This document shows positions 56,329 to 64,000 of a stretch of DNA of 64,000 bases, one piece after another. A model generated the notes under the pieces. That model had not been told where the DNA came from. It searched no databases and was given only the letters and a program-made list of their open reading frames with translations. The translations under genes were made by a program, and so were the position numbers. How positions within the stretch are numbered: position 1 is the stretch's first letter; each line of letters starts with the position of its first letter. Location: the NCBI GenBank assembly GCA_964016885.1, contig OZ024743.1, positions 294,810,001 through 294,874,000 of the forward strand, given 5' to 3'. This DNA comes from Eledone cirrhosa (lineage: Eukaryota).

Positions 56329-57513
56329 AAGTCCTTTTCGCGTCCTGTCTGTAACGGATTACATGATTGCATTATGAATGATGACTTCAAGTTACTTTAA
56401 ATCCTTTTGGCGAGGACAAATGCACAATGTTTGGATGATATGCGATTGATTGATTTTCGCCGATGTCAAATTTGAAAAATGTACCGGTGTATTTGTTTGG
56501 ATGTGAATTAATTGCATATGCTTTTTAGAATTTTTTGTGTGTGATTATATTATTTCTATTCTATTATTCCTTGCATGTTAAGTGTGCATTTTTTTGTGTG
56601 TTCCAGCAGTCGTCTGGGTTTCAAGGTTCGTTGCCTGTGTGTGCGTATTTTTCTGTGTGTGTTTATTGTTTAAGCTGTTTAAAATAAGGCCAACTCTGAT
56701 TGAGGAGACTTATAATCCAATGCATTTCAGCACTGATTATACCTTTTATAGAAGCATATAAGAATAGAAATAATGTGTTTTATTATTCAAACATAGCAGG
56801 GTATTATCTGAGGCATATTTACTTGCTAAGTCTAGTAGACCGGACCAGCAAATAGGCGCTTATATTTCTATATGAACAGGCTGGAATTTTTACGTACCAG
56901 CAAATTGTTTGTGTATGCGTGTGTGTCTCTGTCTCTTAGACGTGCACGTATCTATTGCCGTATTTGAATTTCGCTGAGAAAAGCCAAACCAGTTTAGTAT
57001 GTTGTATGAAGGTGCATATTTATATATTTATCTTACACTGTGTATCAGTAACTGTTTTTATAATATTTAGAACCTCCTCACTCGTATATTATTTCTGGTT
57101 GCAACAGAGAAAATCCTCTCTAATGTGTAAACCTGGACAAGGTTGCTTGTAGAAGACAAGCAACCAACATTGCATGCAAGTTTCTCATTTCCACGCCAAG
57201 CATGATGTCTATGAAAAGGGCAAGCTTGATATACTTTGGCATCAACATCTTTGCGGACAAATGCTTTATGCTTATGTTTCTGTAAGTGAGGGTGTAATGT
57301 GTTTGTTACAGTATATTTTTGGTGATAAGCTTCAATGGACTAAAGAACATAGAGATGAAGGTTTTTGCAACTTTATATCCTCTGTAGTAATAAATTGCAC
57401 TCTTAATATAATTTTCGACAAAAACTATTCCCACTGACGGAAATAAGACACTGATATATATAGTGAAAAGATAACAAGGTCGATTGGTTACTCCTTCATT
57501 ACATTTATTGTTT

Positions 57514-57598
57514 GGTGACGCGCGTCTCGCCACTGATCAGCTCAAGGTTCGATCTGTATCGATCTTACCCGACTCTGTAATCTGCGGCTCGTCGGACC
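57514..57598 (-). ncRNA. hammerhead-like motif with non-canonical core
   Basis: ggt CCGACGA GCCGC..GTGGC GAGA CGCGC GTC acc. Confidence 0.55.
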
Positions 57599-57971
57599 CT
57601 TTGTAATGTTAGTAGAAAATGAATACATGCTGTATGATAAAGTCCGAAGTTCATATGTTGGTCCAATAAGTTTGTTTTGATTGGTGGATTAGTTCATAGG
57701 GATGTTTTTGCCTGTATGTGTGTGTGTGTGTGGGGGGATAAGATGGAGGTGACGGTGGCTGGCTGAAGCGGGCGATGGTGTGGGGGTGCTGGTTGTCGGT
57801 AGATAGATTGGCATGTAGTTGAGACTGAATTTTGTGTGTGGTGTAAGTGTGGTATTGTTGTTTGTGGCAATGGTGTTTATGGTGGTGTGATGAATGTGTT
57901 GGTGGTGTCAATTTCGATAAGGAGATACATACATAGACACATAGTCTGGCAAATACGTTGTATGCATACAC

Positions 57972-58059
<88 letters not shown>

Positions 58060-58606
58060 GGAGAGAGAGAGAGCCAGTGGAGATGGCGTTGTACAAATAA
58101 ATATACTTACACACAGACACACACACGCGTTATGGGAGAGATGATATGTGTTGGTGATGTTGATGATTGTTGAAGTATGGAGATATGCCTGGTGGTGGCG
58201 ATAGTCTTGGGTGCGACAAAATATTAACAGGATCGAATTTTACGATGAATTACAGGTTAAAAAATGACATGTGGAAAACGGGGAAAACAAGGTTGTGAAT
58301 GAGGGATGGTGGACGTATAGCGATGTGTATGGTGGTAGTGGCGGTGTCGATGGGGTGATATGCTCGACATTATATTTACAGGATCGGATGTTACGATGGT
58401 TTACAAGGTAAAACCTGACAGAGAGGACAGATAGAACACAATGATACTGAGATGAGGGATGTATGGCGATGTGTCTGTTGGTGGCTGTGGTGCGGGTGAT
58501 GGATGCGACATGATATTTTCAAAATCTGAACTTACAAAGGGTTACAGTTATATAAGACAAATGCACTGAGATGGGGGACAGTGTGGCAAGGCAAAGGTCG
58601 TTATCA

Positions 58607-60458
58607 CTATGTTGAGTCAGGGTTAGTGTGTGGCCCTCGGCCGAATATTTGTGCAGAGAAGGTTTTCAACCTAGTGTGTCTACAATTCATAATTATGTCA
58701 GACCTAAAGTTTATGGCAGATTTCAATTTAATTATCTCAGCCGCCTCGGGTAGGCATAACATAGTAGTTTCTGTCACTGGAGATTTGGGCCACACGTCTT
58801 TCAACTGACCATATGATCTGGAATTCGATGTTCTTGTCTTTGAGGTCCCAGATCAAGTCCGTCAATCTAGTTTGGGATCGTTTGAGCCTGTGTTTAAAGG
58901 AGATTTTGTGGTTATACCAGCGCTCCTTAAACGTAGTCGAGGTCGCACCTATATAGGAGTACTCTTTTCTGCCAGCTTTGACATCGCACCAAGCTCCATT
59001 GTAGAGCTTGTGGTATTTATGTGTGTGTGGGAAGGATTGTTCGAGAGCTCTGAAGAAGGTTCCCGGTATATTGGTGGCAACGTGTATAGAATACGGGGTG
59101 TTGTACCATGTCACGAGTCTACTTCGGGCTATACAGTGTTTAGTGTGGTTGTTGTGGTTTGGTGGTTGCGTGGGTGCATTTTAGTTGGGTCATTGTAAGA
59201 TATCTTCTCATTGTAACCAGCCTTTTCAAGTGCGGAGTTATAGTATTCCGCGTGCTGGTTGAAGATAGTTCTATTTGCCGACAGGGTGGACAATCTATAG
59301 GAAACCCTTTTAACTATTGAGTTAATTATTCTCCTAGGGTGGTTGGAGTGTTTGTTGACATATTTGAGGTTTTCATTTGGTTTATGGTAAGGGCGGCAGA
59401 GACCTGTGCCTAATTCTAAAGTGACGTCTAAGAAGATTACTGTCCTACTGTTGGGTTCTATTTCTACCGCTAATCCGTGGGTCTTAAAGATATACCTAAG
59501 TCGTTTGTGTAGTCTATCTAATTGGCTATTATTGAGTCCATGGGTCATGAGAAGGGCGTCGTCCCGGTACAAGCCAGCGCCCATGGTGGGGATCTCATCT
59601 GTTAATATATTTAGGAGGTATAGGCCTACTATATCGGTAACCTGTGCGGAGTCGGTCGACCCCATTGTAATGTCGAAGCTCTCTGATCTATTCTGTTGTT
59701 CCCACAATTTACCGTCAAATTCTAGTAATGTTTTCCTAACTACTAGTATGATGTCCACCTACTTTCTGGTGAGGTTTGATCTGTTAATGGCTGAGATCAG
59801 TGCCTTGTTAAGGATGACTGGAGATATAGAAGCGTAGTAGTTTGCAATGTCCATTTGGACGAATCTAACGTCCGACTTGGTTTCAATGTCGGAGAACAAG
59901 TCGATTACCTCTTTTGTACAGGACCAGAGGCTGAGTTTAGTCCTATTTCTAAGTTCTGGTATAACCCGGTCAATGATAGATTGTATAAGTCTACCTAGGT
60001 CTGATTTAGAGGGAGCTATGAGTCTGACACGTAGTTTGGACTGAAAGTCCGGTTTGTGGTCTTTAATAGATATCCTCCGTTCCAAGGGCTATAGGGTTGA
60101 GTCCTGTCATCTATGCTTAGTTCCGTCATTATTGTTTTCGCCTGATGTTTATGTGTGCTAGGTTTTCCCGTGTTGATGTTTTGTATATTTTAGCTATTTC
60201 GTTTCTGATGCATTTCTTGTAGGTTTTGTACTCCAAATTATAGATGTTTACTGTCTTATCAGCCGGTACAATGATGACAGGGCTCTTCCTGACCTTTATA
60301 ATAGTAGATGCGAGCCCAGACAGGAATGCACTTCTGTCACAGTTTCGCGGTGGTTTTCTAAATTTAATAGCCCGGACCATGGTAATAATCCTGTCCTCAA
60401 AGTCCTCTAGGAGTGGGTTGTGCGGTGGGTTTTTCCTCGATTTGAATAGTTTTTCCAT
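58607..60458 (-). pseudogene. PLE RT + GIY-YIG pseudogene, frameshifted with linker deleted
   Basis: Motifs PADKT, KDHK, QMDIANYYASI, MGSTDSAQV, LYRDDAL, FLDV and YIGATSTTFKER. Confidence 0.93.
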
Positions 60459-60707
60459 GTCGTTGGTGGAATTGTCGTCGAGCCGTGGATTACAGAGTCG
60501 GGTAAGATCGATACAGGTCGAATATTGAGCTGATCAGTGGCGAGACGCGCGTCTCCTACCAATAAATGTAATGAAGTAGTAACCAATCGTCCTTGTTATC
60601 TTTTCACTATATATATCAGTCTCTTATTTCGATACTGAAGTGAACATAAACATCGAGGGCTCAGCCGGGGAATCTACAGTAACTCCAAGTTACACTCCCT
60701 GGATATA

Positions 60708-60739
<32 letters not shown>

Positions 60740-62072
60740 GGTTATGGTGATTAAAGGGATCACGTATATTGTTCTTAATAATATTAAGGTTATCTAAGTT
60801 ACAGTTTAAGATAGTAAAAAGGCGAAACCTTAAAATTGAATTTGATAACAACGTCAAACTAGCTAACTTCTTCGATATATCCCTTAATTTTGACACTGGC
60901 CTATATTACCCTTAACATAAAAACAATGAGAATCTAAATTATGTTAATTTTAAATCTAACCTCCCCACTAACATTAAAAATGCTATAGTCAGTAATATTG
61001 AAAAAAGAATCTCAAATCTATCCTCTAATAAAGATAGGTTCGACGCCAATGTCCTTTACTATAATAATGCGCTTTCTAAAGCCGGTTATCCTGATAAAAT
61101 TAAATACAGTAAGGAAACCAATCATCGAAGGTCTTATAGTAAAATAATTAATTATGAACATTCCAATAACTTAAATAAAAGGCCTAGATACAAAAATATA
61201 ATCTGGTTTAATGCTCCTTTTTCTCTATCTATTAATAATAATATTCCTAAACTATTCTTTAGGGCCTTAGATAAATGTTTCCCTCCGTCACATATCTATA
61301 GTAAAATCTTTAACAAACACACAATTAAATGTCCTTATACCACCACTTCCAACATCTCTAACATTATCTCTAAACACAACAATAAAATATTAAATAATAA
61401 ATTACATCCTTCCAACACTGAGCGTCATAATAATAGCAGTTGTATACCCGACGTCATAGTTAACTCTAGGCTAGATTCTGTAAATTTAAATACGATGCCA
61501 AACGTAACTTCGTCGAATGTTCATAACACCAATCTAAATCAGGAAACTATTGTTCCTATCGTAAATAACTTCTCCAATCCAATTCCTTCTATAAATAATA
61601 CTAGGTCACTTGTTAATAACTCTGTTCATTTCTCTAATCGTAAATGTAATTACCCTAATAAAACTAAATGTCCTCTTAATAACCATTGTCTTGATAAAAA
61701 CTTAGTCTATAACTGATACTATAACTGATACTAATTCTTTTACCTATTTCGGTTCCACTTCCACTTCCTTCAAAGTTAGATTTTATAATCACGAATCGTC
61801 TTTTACATACCAACTTAAAAGAACTAACACGGCACTCTCGGAACTCATATGGTTCTTAAAAGACAAAAATATTAACTATAACATCTCTTGGATGAAGGTT
61901 TGTTACGCCTTTCCCTACCCGAATTCTTCCCTATCCAGAATATGTAATCTCTGCCTAGCCGAGATATTTACCATTTTATCTAATTTCAATTCTATAATAA
62001 ATAGACGCACAGATTTATTTACGCTCTGCTTGCATAAATCCAATAGAACATACCATAAAGTATACAGCTAAT
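60740..62072 (+). pseudogene. AT-rich PLE pseudogene (RT thumb + GIY-YIG)
   Basis: Manual translation gives NFFDISLN, EKRISNLS, IIWFNAPFS, CNYPNKTKCPLNNHC, YFGSTSTSFKVRFYNH and CNLCLAE. Confidence 0.9.
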
Positions 62073-62162
62073 ATCTTAATACCTTATTAGTTTAAAATCC
62101 TCTTTTCACAAAGGCTTATATATCTTTTAAAAATATACCCATCTTTCTACCTTACTTCAGTA

Positions 62163-62349
62163 TTGGATTGGCAGTATCGGTAGAGGGTCGGACGCCATGC
62201 TTTCCAGCATAGTTACGTCCCTTTACAATCTGAGTTCAAATCCCGCCGAGGTTGACTTTGCCTTTCATCCTTACGGGGGTGGATAAAAATAAAGTACCAA
62301 TAATGCACTGGGTAATTGCTGGCCTTGTGCCTAAAGTAGAAACAATTAT
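62163..62349 (+). mobile_element. tRNA-derived SINE inserted in the PLE 3' UTR
   Basis: Near-identical to 22754-22940. Confidence 0.9.
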
Positions 62350-63230
62350 ATATTATATAATATAAATTACTCATTATATGTCAATCTTCTTTATTATTTT
62401 CCTTTCTTCCTTTTTTTCTTTTTTAATTTCTAATCTCTAATCTGTACTTTTTCTTCCCAACTACTTCTCAATTCATAATATTACTCACTAAAGCATTTTC
62501 CATTCTTCCATCTTTCCTCATATTATTGGCCATTGAAACTATATTTTTTTAATACATTATAATATTACCATTAGAAGAATTCCGTAAACATATAAACGTT
62601 TTTGACGTTAGATATTTCTTCCTTAAATTTTTCTTCTCTCTTCTCTCCTTCCCTGCTCGTTTTAAACCCATTACTAACTTTTACTTTTACATATTAAAAT
62701 ACATAAAAACAAACTTAGACCCTAACTAATTCCTCTAAATTCATAACTCATTTATTCTTTCACTTCTTTTCACATTATATCCTTAATATCATTAATATTT
62801 TTATCTTAATAATACATATGAATAGATTCTTTTCTTCGCACATATGATTAAACCCTTCAATATACAAACCTTAATTTAATACTATTCTTAATTCCTTTTT
62901 CTTCATGCATCAACCTCATTAACTTTTAACTTCAAATTCTTTTAAATTATCTATTATCTTCCAACGGTTTTTTTAATTTCTCTCTGTGAGACAATATTTT
63001 CTCAGTTGTAAAGGCTATCTCTCTCTCTCTCTATCACCCATTTCTCCTGCTCTCTCATCCTTCTTTCTTCTACTCCTCCCCCACCATCCTTTACTCTTAT
63101 TTCTTCCTCTTCCTTACCCCCCCCCGCACTTTTTCCCAATCTCATACATCCATCTTAATTTATTTTTAATATATTGATTTAAAACGTCACTGCTCACAAG
63201 AGTTTTTTAAGCTTCATATCGTGTCTCCCT

Positions 63231-63318
63231 ATTTTATCTGATAAGAGCGCAGATGATATCTGATGGTATTATCTGATTATCATGATGGTATTTGTTTTTG
63301 AAATGCGCATAATAAAAT
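63231..63318 (+). ncRNA. degenerate hammerhead closing the 60740 PLE
   Basis: attttat CTGATAA..GAAA TGCGC ATA ataaaat, with a 7-bp stem I and a C3/A8 mismatch. Confidence 0.55.
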
Positions 63319-63347
63319 ACTTGGAACTCTTTTAACCATCTTTTGAT

Positions 63348-63440
<93 letters not shown>

Positions 63441-63572
63441 ATAATAAATGTAATCTGAGTTTTTCGAATATTAATAACATTCGATTCGTTTGCAATTATG
63501 TAAACAAGGCTCAATTTTATAGCCATGTCATTAGAATGAACATTTCATACTTGCTCTTCTGTTGGCATGCGA

Positions 63573-63645
63573 GCAGCGAACAGAACTGCAGACATTAATG
63601 TTTCCGAGTATCACCCTTCATCAGTACAGCTCACTGTTCACCTGC
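63573..63645 (-). ncRNA. type I hammerhead with extended stem I
   Basis: gagctgta CTGATGA a GGGT gat ACTC g GAAA CATTAAT GTC tgcagttc. Pairing extends further through a bulge (gtgaaca/tgttcgc). Confidence 0.8.
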
Positions 63646-63864
63646 CAAACTGTCGGAGCTAGCTAAATATATGCTATTTTCAAAAATACATAGTAATTGA
63701 TCGGCCTGATTTGCATGTCAGCAGACTGCCTGATCAGTCAGATCTGCATAATAGCAGATCAACTGATCAGCCATATTTATGTATATATATACATATATAC
63801 ATATTTGATATATATTTATCCTTATCGAGCCCTCTTTGGATTTTAGTATTCAAATTTATTATAT

Positions 63865-63997
<133 letters not shown>

Positions 63998-64000
63998 GAT

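Larger units (their letters stand above)
57437..60703 (-). mobile_element. Penelope-like element with inverted terminal repeat
   Basis: 57437-57590 pairs with 60479-60630, with ORF remnants between. Confidence 0.9.

Noticed and set aside
56694-56735. ctgattgaGGA..TCC aatgcatttc hammerhead trace
   Set aside because: Both the core and GAAA are disrupted; at best a dead relic.
61705-61735. TGA aligned with a conserved Cys, suggesting selenocysteine recoding as reported for some Naiad PLEs
   Set aside because: The frame shifts at this point; a 1-nt insertion into TGT restores VYNCTITDTNSFTYFG, so this is decay.

Overview
Eukaryotic, AT-rich, microsatellite-saturated DNA made almost entirely of transposon remnants. 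I infer an octopus/cephalopod origin from the tRNA-derived SINE, recognised from memory and not searched. No host protein-coding gene can be supported. The window holds four Penelope-like elements (PLEs; RT + GIY-YIG) with inverted 3' repeats in three of them, one with a ~720-codon frame broken by a single stop. It also holds a near-intact RTE LINE, two L1/Tx1 LINE fragments, an internally deleted Helitron with recognisable ends, an R4/Dong-type fragment, a mariner-like MITE and 10 SINE copies, six of them stacked head-to-tail. The most notable signal is about 15 hand-foldable type I hammerhead ribozyme (HHR) motifs from about 9 families. Many have long helix-II insertions (40-75 nt) and two families use a U3-A8 core pair. 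One non-coding ~485-bp tandem/inverted unit carries one HHR per monomer, resembling a retrozyme. All RNA structures are manual folds and activity is untested.
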